Of a stretch of 64,000 bases of DNA, positions 1-12,000 are shown piece by piece; position 1 is the stretch's first letter; the number at the start of each line of letters is the position of its first letter. The notes beneath the pieces are model-generated. The model was not told the DNA's origin. It did not search any database and saw only the letters and a list, made by a program, of their open reading frames with translations. Origin of the DNA: Trypanosoma brucei (taxonomy: Eukaryota); assembly GCA_000002445.1 (NCBI GenBank), contig CH464491.1, forward strand, positions 224,001 through 288,000, read 5' to 3'. A program made the position numbers and the translations under genes.

Positions 1-512
1 AGGAGCGGCTGCACCAGGATCGTTGCTAATTTAGTTGGATGTGGAGGTAACCGGTGGAAATTTGGTGCAATTGTGTTCCTGGTGGCGAGTGCGCTGTTGA
101 ACTGAATTGCGGTCACGACATTAGGGGATTGTGATCCCAAGCAAGGTTGGTACGTTTCCACCTTTCTTGTTTACGTACTTCCCCCGTTTCTCTTTTGGAC
201 GTTACGTTTTTTTTTTTTCGACTGACCGGTGTTACTTTGTTTTATGCCAAGCTACACGTATGGGGGACTTCTTTTTTCCCCTGTATTGTGCTCTACTGCG
301 CGTGCAGCTAGCATGTGTCACCCGTATGTCTGCACCTCTTTGCACTACGCCACTGCTCTTTTACTTACCTTGCCGTCACTCAACTCTTCTTTACCCCCTT
401 TTTTTTTCTTTATTGCTTTCCTTCCTTCGCTGCGCCTGCGCACTTCTTCTTGTGTTTCATATTTACGGAAGTTGTCGTTGAAACCACCTATACCTATACT
501 ATTTCGCATAAG

Positions 513-1046
513 ATGTCATACAGGCCCCACCACGCAACTGTACCCACCAATCCCAAGGTGTACTTTGATGTGAGCATTGCAGGTCAGGCAGCCGGCCGCA
601 TCACCTTTGAGCTCTTCGCTGACGCCGTACCAAAGACGGCGGAGAACTTCCGTGCGTTATGCACTGGTGAGAAGGGCTTCGGGTACGCCGGCAGCGGCTT
701 TCATCGCATCATTCCGCAATTCATGTGCCAAGGTGGTGACTTCACTCGCCACAATGGCACAGGCGGCAAGTCCATCTATGGTGAAAAGTTCCCCGATGAA
801 AGCTTCGCCGGAAAGGCGGGTAAACACTTCGGCGCTGGCACGCTTTCCATGGCCAACGCTGGCCCCAACACGAACGGTTCCCAGTTCTTCATTTGCACGG
901 CTCCCACTCAGTGGCTTGACGGCAAACACGTCGTCTTCGGTCAGGTGCTTGAAGGCATGGACGTCGTCAAGGCAATGGAAGCTGTCGGCTCGCAAGGGGG
1001 AAGCACAAGCAAGCCCGTCAAGATTGACTCGTGCGGCCAACTATAA
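513..1046 (+). CDS. CYPA: Cyclophilin A-type peptidyl-prolyl cis-trans isomerase (177 aa). The true ATG is at 513. The track ORF 315..1046 includes a non-coding pyrimidine-rich leader.
   Basis: The translation MSYRPHH...[27 protein letters not shown]...[33 protein letters not shown]...[13 protein letters not shown]...KHVVFGQV carries the canonical cyclophilin motifs throughout. A polypyrimidine tract at 340-430 precedes the ATG. Confidence 0.95.
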   Translation: MSYRPHHATVPTNPKVYFDVSIAGQAAGRITFELFADAVPKTAENFRALCTGEKGFGYAGSGFHRIIPQFMCQGGDFTRHNGTGGKSIYGEKFPDESFAGKAGKHFGAGTLSMANAGPNTNGSQFFICTAPTQWLDGKHVVFGQVLEGMDVVKAMEAVGSQGGSTSKPVKIDSCGQL

Positions 1047-1949
1047 GAAGAGCACGTAGAGGCGTGCACATGCAACATGAAATTACGCTCCGATCCCACT
1101 GCTTCCCTCCCCTCCCCGTACTGATACACGCACAGACGAACACCGACTAATTTTTTTTTTCCCTCAAGAAGTGCAAGTTGAAAAGGGGAAAAGCAAGCAG
1201 TAAAAGGGACAAAGGAGATTATTAAAAGCAGAGGAGCAAATAAAAAAAAAAGAAATGAATAAGCAAAAGAAAATGTCTGGCTTCCAAATGAAAAAGGAAA
1301 GAAGAAAACATATGGATCGTCATATTCTTTGAGGACGGTTTGCTGGAGAAAAGAAGAAATAAATGACAATTTCTTATGGTTAAAGAAAAAGAAGAAGAAA
1401 GAAACAGAAGATAGAGAATTGTCATAAATAAGTGAAAGATGGGAGGGGACAAAGTAATTAAGTGGGAGTCATACTGCGGGGAATACCACAAGGGGAAAAA
1501 TGCTAGGGATGAAACGAAACAAAAAAAAATGTATGAGGGCAAACTCACCTTAACCCCTAAAGAAACTGATGCTAGTGTGCTATGTACTCCTTTCAACCTT
1601 ATGTACCCCTTGTATTTGCGCTCTTCTCTATTATTTTCTTTTTTTTTTTTACTTGTGTATTTTGTGTCACCTGCACCTTCTGCGTCACGCCATATGGACG
1701 TCGTTATACAGCTCCTTTGTGCGCTCGGCAGCTATCGGTTTTTGAACCGCAACGAGCAACCAAAAAATAGGACTAACAAGAATTTGTACAAGCACTGAAG
1801 GGCAAAGTGCTTAGGTTAGATTGAGTGCATACACTCATCCACCAAGGAGGGAGAAAATAATTAACAAAAGGTGAAGAAACGAAAAGGAGAGAAGGAGGGA
1901 AAGAAGAGCAGTTAGTGTGTTAAGTGAAGAAAACAGATTAAAGAGGAAA

Positions 1950-2030
1950 AATATTTTTGTTTTGTTTGATTTATTATCCGTTCGCTGCTACAGTGTACTT
2001 TATTATTATCATTATTATTTTTATTATTGG
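1950..2030 (+). promoter_or_regulatory. Polypyrimidine tract and AG region, the likely trans-splicing acceptor signal for the downstream gene (ATG 2081).
   Basis: There is an about 80-nt run of T/C (tttgttttgtttgatttattatccgttcgctgc...ttattattatcattattatttttattattgg) just upstream of the first ATG. This is the standard kinetoplastid pre-mRNA processing signal (established knowledge). Confidence 0.5.
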
Positions 2031-2080
2031 AAGTTGTTCAAACCTCAGAGGGTGTAACAACTTCACCGGGAACGGGCAAT

Positions 2081-5000
2081 ATGAAGAAACTCAGATCATT
2101 TCTTCCCTGGGTTTGTGGTGTCTCATGTGGTGCTGCGGTTCCCTGCCACTCGTCCCGATGCACGTCAACGCTCGCTAGCACCTCATGGCACGGCAGAGAT
2201 TCGAATGCGCCTTCACACCGTCAACAAGCGTGCCTTTCATCAACTGAAAAGAGACTCCGACGCTCGGGCGAAAAGTTGGCGCGGCGTAGTACTTCCGCAG
2301 TGCTTATTAAAATAGCTGATCTCTCGTCAACGTTACCACCGCAGGGAATTCGGTGCTGCGAGGACTTGGAGGGGGCTCCGCTTAATACAGATGACCGGTT
2401 GCAGGTGTTGCTCAACACATGCATAAGTACCCCATCCGCTGAGTTGTATGAAGAATTAATAAGATCCAGTGCTGCACTCTACAGGAGCTCAGCCGCGCAG
2501 CACTGGGGTTTCTACGCCCGGGTGTTGGCAAACTATGGTGTGCAGTGCTTGGTAGATCAGAACACTGGGAAGGCAGTTGAGGTTCTCCGGAAAGCTATTG
2601 AAATAATTTCCTTCTTCGAGGCTGATACCGCTGTTCTACACCTCCGTGTCCTTCTGGCTAATGCTGCGGCGTGTGAGGGTCAGTACTTCGCTGCACTGTG
2701 TGAATACGAGTCGTGTCTTGCGGTGATGCGGGACTTTCCTGTGGAATCGTCACTGCGGCAACTCGTTTCTGGATCCGAGATGTATATGCCTCTTAGCCGA
2801 AGTTATATCAATGAAGACTACGATCGGTTTCTAGAGGATGAAGAGGTGGTCCTTCGTGCTTTGGGGCAGGGCCAAAAACAGGCGGATGCGTGTGTTGACA
2901 AAGCGGAGAAAGCCCGTGTCGCAATGACTATGGCTCGTTTGCAGCGAAGGCGAGGAGAGAAAGACGCAAGCCTGACGCTGTACACCTCGGCGCTTCGTAT
3001 GTTGCTTGGTGCTCACAACCCAGATTTGGAGATCCAAGTACTGCATGATATTGGTCTTCTGTTGTGTTTTGAGGTGCTAGACGTCACGCAGGGTCTACCG
3101 TACTTGCAAGCTGCAGCTGAGATGGCGTGCGACAGAGCACGCGTGGAGCTAAACGGCCCCAACTCTGATCAGGGCGAGAGCGGACCGAGTCACAGCAGCT
3201 ACCCACTGGTGCGTACAAATATGGAGAAGGGGCTGCGCGCTCGCCGTGCTGTGTTAGCCCTAGTCGACACAGCTGTTTGTTATGCAGAAAATGATGAGGT
3301 GGGGAAGTCGCTAGGGTTCTTTGAGGAGGCAAAGTCACTGATGACGGAATGTGGAATGCAAGAACACTCCGCGTGGATTTGTATGAAGTACGCGGACGCA
3401 CTTTCCAGCGCCTCGCTCCTTGATGCAGCTATACGCATCTACCTTGATGCCATGGACACAATTCGCCTTACGGAAATAAGTGGTGAGAAGATGCAGCTGG
3501 CATGTATGGGGATGGGAATGTATTTGACGCAGTCGGAAGTGGAAGGTCGTCTGGCACACTGTTTTCAAACCCGTGTAGGGGATTACCGGCGTGCTTGTGT
3601 GCATTACTGCCAAAGCATCCGACGGTGCGGGGTGGCGGTTCGCTGCCCATTCCAAGTTTCACAGGAAGGCAAAACACTGGCGGAGGAGGAAATAGATCCA
3701 GAAACCTTGTGCTGGATGCTTGAGAAGTATGCCGACTGCTGTGTGCGTGTCGGAAACGTTAAGATTGCTAAGGAGGTTTTAGAGCACCGCGTGCGTGTGG
3801 AGCAAGGTGTGGGGACACCATGTGCTGCAGCACTGTTGCATCTTGCCGAATTACACTCCAACGATAACGTTCCCAGAGCTATCGAGCTTTACACTCGCAT
3901 TCTATCACTCCCCCAAGATGCAGTGGAACCGGATACACTGCTTCAGTCGGCGTACAATTTTATCGCAGTTTGCTACCAATCGAAGGACGAGGACTTTGAG
4001 GCGGGACTTTCTAACGTGCAGTGTTCCCAATCCTCTGGTCAGGGCGATATGGTCGATGAAAATACACCGACTTCCAGTGAGCTAGCGCCAGTGGATTACG
4101 AGAATTCCATTATTGCAACATTCAAGAAGTCGGCTAACGTTATATTAGCTAGTCACACCGTTAACAAGACGAAGCTGTGTACAAATCGCGATGACGAACT
4201 GAAGACTCTTATGGCTCTTAGTCGTGCTGGTTTCTTTTGTCAGCGTCGTGGCTATGAATCAGGTGCGGAGGAGCTGTATCGGCTTGCAGTAGACTACGCA
4301 CGGCTGACTGACGTGAAATGTAAGGAATATTCCCGCGAACTTGCCGTTATGCTCGCAAACTACGCCACCGTTGTTGTGCACAAGGATACCGAGTTGGCCA
4401 AGAAACTGTATGAGGAAGCCGTAGCAACGTGCCCAACCGATGAGAACGTGTCGAATGCGGCTGCTTCCTTCTTTGTTCTGACGGCAAACTATGCGGAGGG
4501 TCGTGCGTGTATTGAGCGCCTTGTAGCAGCAACAACCACTAATGCTGTACTTCAGGGGTTATATGGGAAACTAGCATGGTTGGGTGTGGTTTGTTGGGAT
4601 GAACTTTTGCATGAGGAGCGCCTTCTTTGCTTAAAACATATGCTCTTTGCGTTAGGAACAGAGTCTGATGCGGTCGTTGCAGTCACTGCCAAATCGCAAC
4701 CAAACCCATTTGCGGGCCCTCTTCCGGAGGATTTTAAGCAGCGGCTGCTTCGTGGTGTTACGATATCGAATGATCAAGAGACGGTGAGTCTTGCTTGTTA
4801 CATAGCGCAAACGAAACTGTTTCATGAGGGGAGGTTTATCAACTCATGTTATAAAGTGGCACTAAAGCGATTCCCTCAAGGTGCAACCATTCTGGTAAAC
4901 TATGCGAAGTTCTGCGGTGATTACAATGCTGTAGTTCTCGCTCGCAAGTACTATGCTAAGGCTTTTGCTTTGTCACACACCGATCTGCGCATCACTGAAT

Positions 5001-5749
5001 GCTACGCTCACTATCTAGCATTTTTGAACGGAGGGGAGCGTCAGAGAAGTGAGCACCGACAGGTTGTTTGTGGGGAAAGTTTAGTGCGTTTCCAGGTGGA
5101 GCGGAGCGCCCTTGTAACGTGCGCTATACAGCACGCCCAGTCGCTTACACTCTATGGTAATTATGTGGCAACGAGCATGCCGTCACCAAGTGTTCCAGTA
5201 GTTTCCTTTGAAGAAGCCCTGCGGCTGAATCCTGCCGACTCCCGCGCAACTTCCTTGTACTGTTCATTCTTATCCAACGTGTATGGTAGCGCGTTGGACA
5301 TGAAGAAGAATCCTGAGGCGAAGGAGCAGCTTGCCCGGAAGGTGACAGACTGTTATCTCAGTTGCCTGAAACTGCAACCGCATTCCGTGGCCGTACTGAC
5401 GGGGTTGGGGAGTATCTATATTGACCTTGGGGGGCGGTTCGAAGATGCGGTGAGGGTATTGGAAAGAGCACGACAGCTTAGCCCCAACAACCCGACAGTG
5501 CACCGTCTCCTTTGTACGGCTTTTCATGAGGAGTGGGTGAGGGAACAGCAGTCTGAAACAACGCTGACGAACAAACGTCTTCAGTGGTTACTTACCACTA
5601 CACACAAGCTATATGAGGCTACCATTGCACTAGAGCCAACCAACAGTGTGGTATTGGCAAGGTATTGTCAATTTGCGCATCACGGTCTTCAGGATAATGC
5701 CCTGGCCACTCAGCTGATGCAGCGTTTGCGTGAGCTTTCAAGAGAGTAG
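2081..5749 (+). CDS. Large hypothetical protein (about 1222 aa) with TPR-like helical repeats. The first in-frame ATG is at 2081. The track start 2027 is a TTG.
   Basis: There is a continuous 3.7-kb ORF. It contains several TPR-like segments (for example ...LGSIYIDLGGRFEDAVRVLERARQLSPNNP...) and a long polyY tract at 1950-2030 immediately upstream. I have no confident family assignment. Confidence 0.7.
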   Translation: MKKLRSFLPWVCGVSCGAAVPCHSSRCTSTLASTSWHGRDSNAPSHRQQACLSSTEKRLRRSGEKLARRSTSAVLIKIADLSSTLPPQGIRCCEDLEGAPLNTDDRLQVLLNTCISTPSAELYEELIRSSAALYRSSAAQHWGFYARVLANYGVQCLVDQNTGKAVEVLRKAIEIISFFEADTAVLHLRVLLANAAACEGQYFAALCEYESCLAVMRDFPVESSLRQLVSGSEMYMPLSRSYINEDYDRFLEDEEVVLRALGQGQKQADACVDKAEKARVAMTMARLQRRRGEKDASLTLYTSALRMLLGAHNPDLEIQVLHDIGLLLCFEVLDVTQGLPYLQAAAEMACDRARVELNGPNSDQGESGPSHSSYPLVRTNMEKGLRARRAVLALVDTAVCYAENDEVGKSLGFFEEAKSLMTECGMQEHSAWICMKYADALSSASLLDAAIRIYLDAMDTIRLTEISGEKMQLACMGMGMYLTQSEVEGRLAHCFQTRVGDYRRACVHYCQSIRRCGVAVRCPFQVSQEGKTLAEEEIDPETLCWMLEKYADCCVRVGNVKIAKEVLEHRVRVEQGVGTPCAAALLHLAELHSNDNVPRAIELYTRILSLPQDAVEPDTLLQSAYNFIAVCYQSKDEDFEAGLSNVQCSQSSGQGDMVDENTPTSSELAPVDYENSIIATFKKSANVILASHTVNKTKLCTNRDDELKTLMALSRAGFFCQRRGYESGAEELYRLAVDYARLTDVKCKEYSRELAVMLANYATVVVHKDTELAKKLYEEAVATCPTDENVSNAAASFFVLTANYAEGRACIERLVAATTTNAVLQGLYGKLAWLGVVCWDELLHEERLLCLKHMLFALGTESDAVVAVTAKSQPNPFAGPLPEDFKQRLLRGVTISNDQETVSLACYIAQTKLFHEGRFINSCYKVALKRFPQGATILVNYAKFCGDYNAVVLARKYYAKAFALSHTDLRITECYAHYLAFLNGGERQRSEHRQVVCGESLVRFQVERSALVTCAIQHAQSLTLYGNYVATSMPSPSVPVVSFEEALRLNPADSRATSLYCSFLSNVYGSALDMKKNPEAKEQLARKVTDCYLSCLKLQPHSVAVLTGLGSIYIDLGGRFEDAVRVLERARQLSPNNPTVHRLLCTAFHEEWVREQQSETTLTNKRLQWLLTTTHKLYEATIALEPTNSVVLARYCQFAHHGLQDNALATQLMQRLRELSRE

Positions 5750-6572
5750 ATCGTCGACCCCTCCAATCTTTTTGTTTGTTGCTTGATCATGTTTCTCACA
5801 AGCCCATTTGTTTCTGTCGGTGAAGGAGTGCTCGAAGCGGATGAGGCTAACTTTCCCATTTTATGTTTGTTTTCTTCTTTTTTAAGTGTCTACTTGTTTT
5901 TGTAAGCTCCGAGCGACATTCTTAGAATCCGAAAGAAAAATGGCTGTCGAGGGACGACCTTTTTTTTTTTTTATGCGACGTGTATTATTTGTACCACAAC
6001 AATACTTTTTTCTTTTTGAACACGACTTGTACCGTTCGAGGCCCTACCATACGTGTATATATGTATATATGTATACATCCATATACCTGTAGTGATGTAC
6101 GGTCCTTCTTACTTTTCGTATGGTGAGGTGCGTTATATAAGGATATATTACGTGCCACCACCAGAAATTTCTTTATTTGTACCAACATTAATCACGATGA
6201 TCATCATAACTATAATCATAAGCTACGGGCATGTGTGCCTGTTTATGTTCTGTGGTAGTGGTGGTTGTGGAAAGTGTGCGTCCATGCATTTCAGTGTGTC
6301 TTTTCCTGAAAGAGAGGACTGTTTGCACCATATTTTTTTTTCTGTCCTTGATCTCTCCGCCACTCATACTTGCCCTCTGCTCCAACTTTTTTCCACTTCT
6401 TTGCGGTATGCACTTCGTAACGTAGAAGAACCATTGTTTTTTTGTTTTTTGCAATCAATTTCATTTTAGTTTTTACGGGGGAAAAAGGGATTCTGCAAGG
6501 TTGTTTGGGACGAGTTATTAAGCGTGGTTTTGAACATTCGGACACGAGATTTCAACAACAAAAAAGGATAAT

Positions 6573-7814
6573 ATGAACAAGATTAGTGCTACCGGTGTTC
6601 TTGTGGAGCTGGACGGCGATGAGATGACCCGCGTGATTTGGAAGAAGATCAAAGAAACTCTCATCTTTCCGTTTGTTAATGTCCCTATCGAGTACTACGA
6701 CTTGAGTATGGAGAATAGGGATAAGACGGAGGATCGTGTGACAGTTGAGGCGGCATATGCTATCAAAAAACATGGAGTTGGAGTAAAATGCGCAACCATT
6801 ACACCCGATGAAGCGCGAGTAAAGGAGTTCAACCTCAAGAAAATGTGGAGGAGTCCCAACGGGACAATCCGAACCATTTTGGGTGGCACAGTCTTTCGCG
6901 AGCCCATTATATGCAGTAATGTTCCCCGACTCGTCACAACATGGAAAAAGCCTGTCGTTATCGGGAGACACGCGTTCGGTGATCAATACAGCGCCACAGA
7001 TGCCGTTGTTAAGGAGCCGGGAACATTTGAGATGCGTTTCATACCCGCCAACGGCGGGGAACCGAAGGTTTACAAGGTGTTTGATTACAAATCAGGAGGT
7101 GTTATGATGGGAATGTACAACACCGATGACAGCATACGGGATTTTGCCAGGAGCTGCTTTGAGTTTGCCCTCGCCAGGAAGTGGCCTCTGTATCTTTCCA
7201 CGAAGAACACCATACTGAAGCATTACGATGGGCGTTTCAAGGACATTTTCGCGGAGATGTACAAGGCCTTGTACGAAACTAAGTTCAAAACTTGTGGCAT
7301 TTTCTACGAACACCGCCTAATTGATGATATGGTTGCTCACTGTATGAGGAGTGAAGGCGGATACGTGTGGGCCTGCAAGAACTACGATGGCGATGTCCAG
7401 TCGGACAGTTTGGCTCAAGGATTCGGGTCCCTCGGGATGATGACTTCCATTCTCATGACGCCGGACGGAAAAACAGTTGAGGTTGAGGCTGCTCATGGCA
7501 CCGTCACGCGGCATTATCGGGACTATCAAAAGGGTAAAGAAACGAGCACGAACCCCGTGGCTTCCATATTTGCATGGACTCGCGCCCTTGCACACCGGGC
7601 TCGCGTGGACAACAACAACACGCTCCTGGAGTTTACCCAGCGACTTGAGGATGTCATCATCGCCACTATTGAAGCGGGCGCCATGACGGAGGACCTCGCC
7701 ATTTGTATAAAGGGTGAGAAGAATGTTGTTCGTGCGGACTACTTAAATACCGACGAGTTTATCGACGCGGTTTCGCAGAGGTTGAAAGTGGCAATGCAGA
7801 AAAGCAAAGTGTAG
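6573..7814 (+). CDS. IDH: NADP-dependent isocitrate dehydrogenase (eukaryotic IDH1/2 type, 413 aa). The C-terminus ends in -SKV.
   Basis: Its full length is alignable by eye to NADP-IDH: ...[18 protein letters not shown]...[12 protein letters not shown]...[17 protein letters not shown]...GRHAFGDQY...[11 protein letters not shown]...GTVTRHYR.... There is a clean ATG at 6573 and an A-rich 5' leader. Confidence 0.95.
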   Translation: MNKISATGVLVELDGDEMTRVIWKKIKETLIFPFVNVPIEYYDLSMENRDKTEDRVTVEAAYAIKKHGVGVKCATITPDEARVKEFNLKKMWRSPNGTIRTILGGTVFREPIICSNVPRLVTTWKKPVVIGRHAFGDQYSATDAVVKEPGTFEMRFIPANGGEPKVYKVFDYKSGGVMMGMYNTDDSIRDFARSCFEFALARKWPLYLSTKNTILKHYDGRFKDIFAEMYKALYETKFKTCGIFYEHRLIDDMVAHCMRSEGGYVWACKNYDGDVQSDSLAQGFGSLGMMTSILMTPDGKTVEVEAAHGTVTRHYRDYQKGKETSTNPVASIFAWTRALAHRARVDNNNTLLEFTQRLEDVIIATIEAGAMTEDLAICIKGEKNVVRADYLNTDEFIDAVSQRLKVAMQKSKV

Positions 7815-9020
7815 TCCGGGACCTGAGCGCAACCAGCTATTTGGTTCTCTGCGTCGTGAGTTATGGCACAACATCTGAGCAATTACAGAATGTGTCTTGG
7901 AAGTGCTTATGTTTCGACTGCACAGTTTGTTCGTGCTCGCAAGATCGTAATATGAACCTACGCAGGTTCCTTTCTTTCTTTGAGCATGGATATGTGCTCC
8001 CTCTTCAATGTGACTCCGTTGGCACCACATCATTTCTATTTATTTTGCATTTGCGCGGGACATAATGTGTCACTGCTGCATACGAAAGCACTGTTTGGTG
8101 GTGTAAGGGATTGGACCGATGATGGGGTGTTTTTTTGTTTGTGTCGAAGGGTATTGTAAGGGAGTTTTTTTTCTTTATTTGTTGATTTCTCTATTTTTTC
8201 CCCCTTCCTTCTATTATCTACAGTTGTTAACTAGTTTGTTTTCTCTTTAATATTTTATGTTTGTTCTCGAAGCAAATGTGGTAGATTTCCATAGGGGCAG
8301 CATCGCCGGTTGTTATATATTTCCCTTTTGTCGCTCCCCCTCAGCCAACCCGAAGCTACGGATGGGTACCAAAAGTGTGGAGTAAAGATGAAAGTGTGAA
8401 GGGTGGTGGCATCCTTAAGTCAGCGCTTGCTGGCACCGTATGCGACTCCTTTCCTTTCCATTGTTATTTGTGTCCCTTCGCTCACCTTCCCCTCCGAAAA
8501 AAAAAAAAACGTTTAAATATTTAATGCAATCGATTTTTCTTTTGGGTTTCTTACAAAGGTATGCTTCTTGATTTTGTTTGTTTTTACTACTTTAAAAAAA
8601 CGGTGTCTTCCTTCCGACTAGGGAAGGGGAGAAGAGTTGGTGCGTGCGGCTGCATGAGTAAAACGGTACCGGGACCGGGCTCTCTAATAGACATGAGGGA
8701 GGTCAATGGCACATTCGCATATATATATCATTTTATCTTTTAACACTATGGGGGTTTATTTTCGTTTTTGAAGCTGAGCATGCGTGGGAAAATGAGGCGG
8801 TGGGGGAGGAGATTCCTTGAAGTCGCTTTCGTCATGTGCTATCCGCAAGACTCTTTGAGGGGTCAGTTTCCGAGGGAGACAGATAACAACATCATCATAA
8901 TGTACTCAACCACACACACAAAAAGCAATAACTCATTGCACCCTTTCATTTTCTTTTCCACCTCGACCGATCTCTCTCTAATTCACGGCTCGTGTTGTGT
9001 TTATGTGACAGTAGGAGGGA

Positions 9021-12000
9021 ATGGAGGTGTTCGATCTGGCGGCCTTTCGCACTAGGATGAATGATGTGGAGAGGGATGTCAGGGTAATGGCATTGTTTGA
9101 CCTCCAACAGGCGTTGAAGTCGACCGTTTTTAAACCCGACAGCGTAACGTTAAGTAAAATAGTAGAGTATGTTACGACGTGCTTTGCACAGAGCGAACCT
9201 TGTAGGGAAGTTCGATGCAATGCAATAAGACTTGTCCCACAGCTACTCCTTTTGTCCGGTGAGAAGGACCAGGAACGTTTAGTATCGCTCCTCTGCACAA
9301 GTTCCACTTCACAAAGGGCGCGTTTCGGCGAGAAAGGGTATTCGGAGCTGCACGACAGCGCCGCTCGTGCCCTCAAACTGGCTTGCGAGTGCATGTCTTC
9401 AAAGGCCCGAGCAGACGTCGAGAGTTGGCAGCGTCTGGTGCCTGTTGCACGGAAGATCGCCGACGCACTGTCATCTGCGTTGGAGAAGGGAGTGGAGGGA
9501 GTTGTTAGGGAGGGGATATACGACTGCATTGGGGTCCTCATATATCCGTTTGGTAGGGTATTCATATGTGATGTTGGTTGTGTTTTGACCAAAAACGCTT
9601 TGGCCGATGTCCATCACACGGGCCAGTTGCGTAGACGTGCTATTAGTTTCCTATCGTTAGCATCTCCGTTTCTTTCGGAGGATCTGTTCGATGCCGTTTT
9701 TGAAGTTGGAGTCCGCGGGTTACGGGAGGGAAATCACCGTGGTGCGGTCGTCATGCCTTATTTACAGTTGTACGAAGGTTTGGTTAAGGGTTGCCCATCA
9801 CGTGCGAAGACGGGTGCACTCGAAACTATGAAATTCCTCACCGACGGACTCAGTGCACGTTTAAGTCACGAAAGCGCGGATGCGGATGCATTCGATGACG
9901 ATGATTACGAAGTGTGTGACGCTACAGTGCGGCTGATGCACTTGATGGTTTGTCAGTATTCCAAGGAACTGGCTACCATCCATTGTGCTCTTTTTGTCCA
10001 AGCACTAGAGATTGCCAGGTTTGATCCCAATTACTGCGACAACATGGGGGGCCTTGATGGTTGCGATTCGTCGGATGCATCCGGGTTGTATTTCACGGAG
10101 GACGATACGGACATGTCGTGGAGACTGCGGATGTGGGCAGCTCGATTACTTGCGTTATTGATTGAACTGTCTCCCTTTTCCACGGAATTAACACATCAGC
10201 TAGGTTGTGAGGTCTTATCCTTAATTGGGGACCGTGTGGAGGAGGTTCAACTTGCCGCTATTCATTTCGTTGACACCGTCATCCAGAGTTCGAGGGGTGC
10301 ATCTGTTTGTACATCGCTGTTGCTGTTTCTGCAGGGTGCAATCGACCCTTTGTTAGGTGCTCTGAACACCCGAGAGCCGAAGGTAGTTGTTGCGGCTGCC
10401 AAAGCGCTCCAGAACCTTTTCTATTTCCACTGGAGCGTTTTCACGACGGAGGTGTGCCGCGCACATGACATTGTGGATAAGTTGTTAAAGGCCCACCTGA
10501 CTGGTAAGGAATATGCGGTCGTTGAGCTTACCGCGCTCGCTGTGCGCATGTTGGAGGGTACCTCTCATGGCCAACCAAATATTAAGTTGGTTACCAAGCT
10601 CCTGGATACAGTTTACGCGGCGGTAGATGCGTATGTGTGCGGTGGGATTGGTCAAATTGTTGTTTGCTCGGTGAAGGCCATGGCGCATACCTCCGGACTT
10701 GCGGGCGCTGCTTACTGTGAAAGGTGCATGGAGCTTTACATATCACTCGCGCTGAACGCCAATTTCGGTGGTGAACTGATTTCCTCCGCTGTTGAGGCAA
10801 CCAGGCACTGTATGTCTACGTTTGCGGCATCACTGTCTGTGGACTACTTTCGGCGTTGCGGAGGGCGTTTAGTGGTGCTATCGGAGGGAAGGCAAGTTGC
10901 CATTCGTTTGCTGAAGGATTTGACGGCTTCCGTGCCGGCGGCTCAGCTCCAACCCCAGGAGCTGGAACGACTGAGTAATAGTATCGGAAGGCAAGACCGT
11001 GCGGTGCAGCAACACATTGTGTCCATTGTGTGCAACGCTCTTGATAACAGCGGCCAACTTACCGCGGAAACGTTGGAGGATATGTTCGAGTTTGCGCGGT
11101 CAAACTCTCTAAAAAGTGGTGATCGTTTGTTGGTTCAAGCAACGCTCGAGATGTTGGAGAAGATTTGTAGGAGGTTCTCCAATTTAGGTGGACGAATAGT
11201 GGACCAACTGCTTCCAACCGTTTGGGAGATATTATCGTCCGCACCAAAATGCGCTGGTCATCACCCCTTGCTGCTTGTGAGAGGCACCGCGGTGCTGATC
11301 CGCTCGCTGCACCAGATGCTGGAGCCCGCGCAGCGTTCTGACTTGGTTGAACAAACACTTCGGTACGTTTCCCGGTCGAAGTTTCGTGAAACGAGTAGTG
11401 AGATACTAAGAGGTGTAGCATCGGTAGACGAAGGCATACTCGAGAGGGTTGGTTCACTCATGTCTGGGGACGATTCGCTTCTCTGCATTTGTGTGGGTAC
11501 CATAGGAATGTCCGTACCGCTGCCCGATATGTGGGAGGCACGGCTTTTTAGATTTCTTTCGTCCACCGGTGCCGAGAACTTAGGTTCTGTTGTGCCTCTG
11601 GCTGTGGGTCGTGCTGTCTCGAATGCACAAAATCGTTCTCTCATGGAGCGGGTTGTAGAATCAGCAACGAGAAACACAGGCGGTGCAGCTTTATTTTGGA
11701 GGGCGATCCATGAGGCTGCACTCACCACGGTAGCTGGGGCAGAATTATCTCCCTTTAGTGATCCGTTCTTCTGCAAGGGCGTCGTAGAAAAGCTTATGGA
11801 AAATCTGCTCGAGGATGATACGGAGACTGCTGCCACCGTTTTGGGAAGTTTTGCTCCGTTTGTCCGTGATTATCTGATTGACATAACGGCAACTCATTTG
11901 AGCGATGAGTTGGACTCCAAGAAGGCTGTGTGCATAACTGTGCAGCGTTATTTGCTCTCGAGTGTCAAAAATACCGATGAATGCCCCAGGTTGGTGAGCG

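Noticed and set aside
315-512. N-terminal extension of the cyclophilin ORF in the track ([13 protein letters not shown]...).
   Set aside because: The extension is translated from a pyrimidine-rich tract that is typical of trans-splice acceptor regions. The conserved cyclophilin begins at the ATG at 513.
577-1059. A 160-aa + ORF in an alternate frame, and a 127-aa minus ORF 657..1040, both overlapping cyclophilin.
   Set aside because: The cyclophilin frame is unambiguous (full-length family match). Overlapping frames in GC-rich coding DNA are expected by chance.
8978-9592. A 204-aa minus-strand ORF overlapping the CAND1 start, and a 191-aa minus ORF 11261..11836 inside CAND1.
   Set aside because: They are antisense to a well-supported HEAT-repeat gene. 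They have no family resemblance, and no other minus-strand gene exists in this unidirectional unit.
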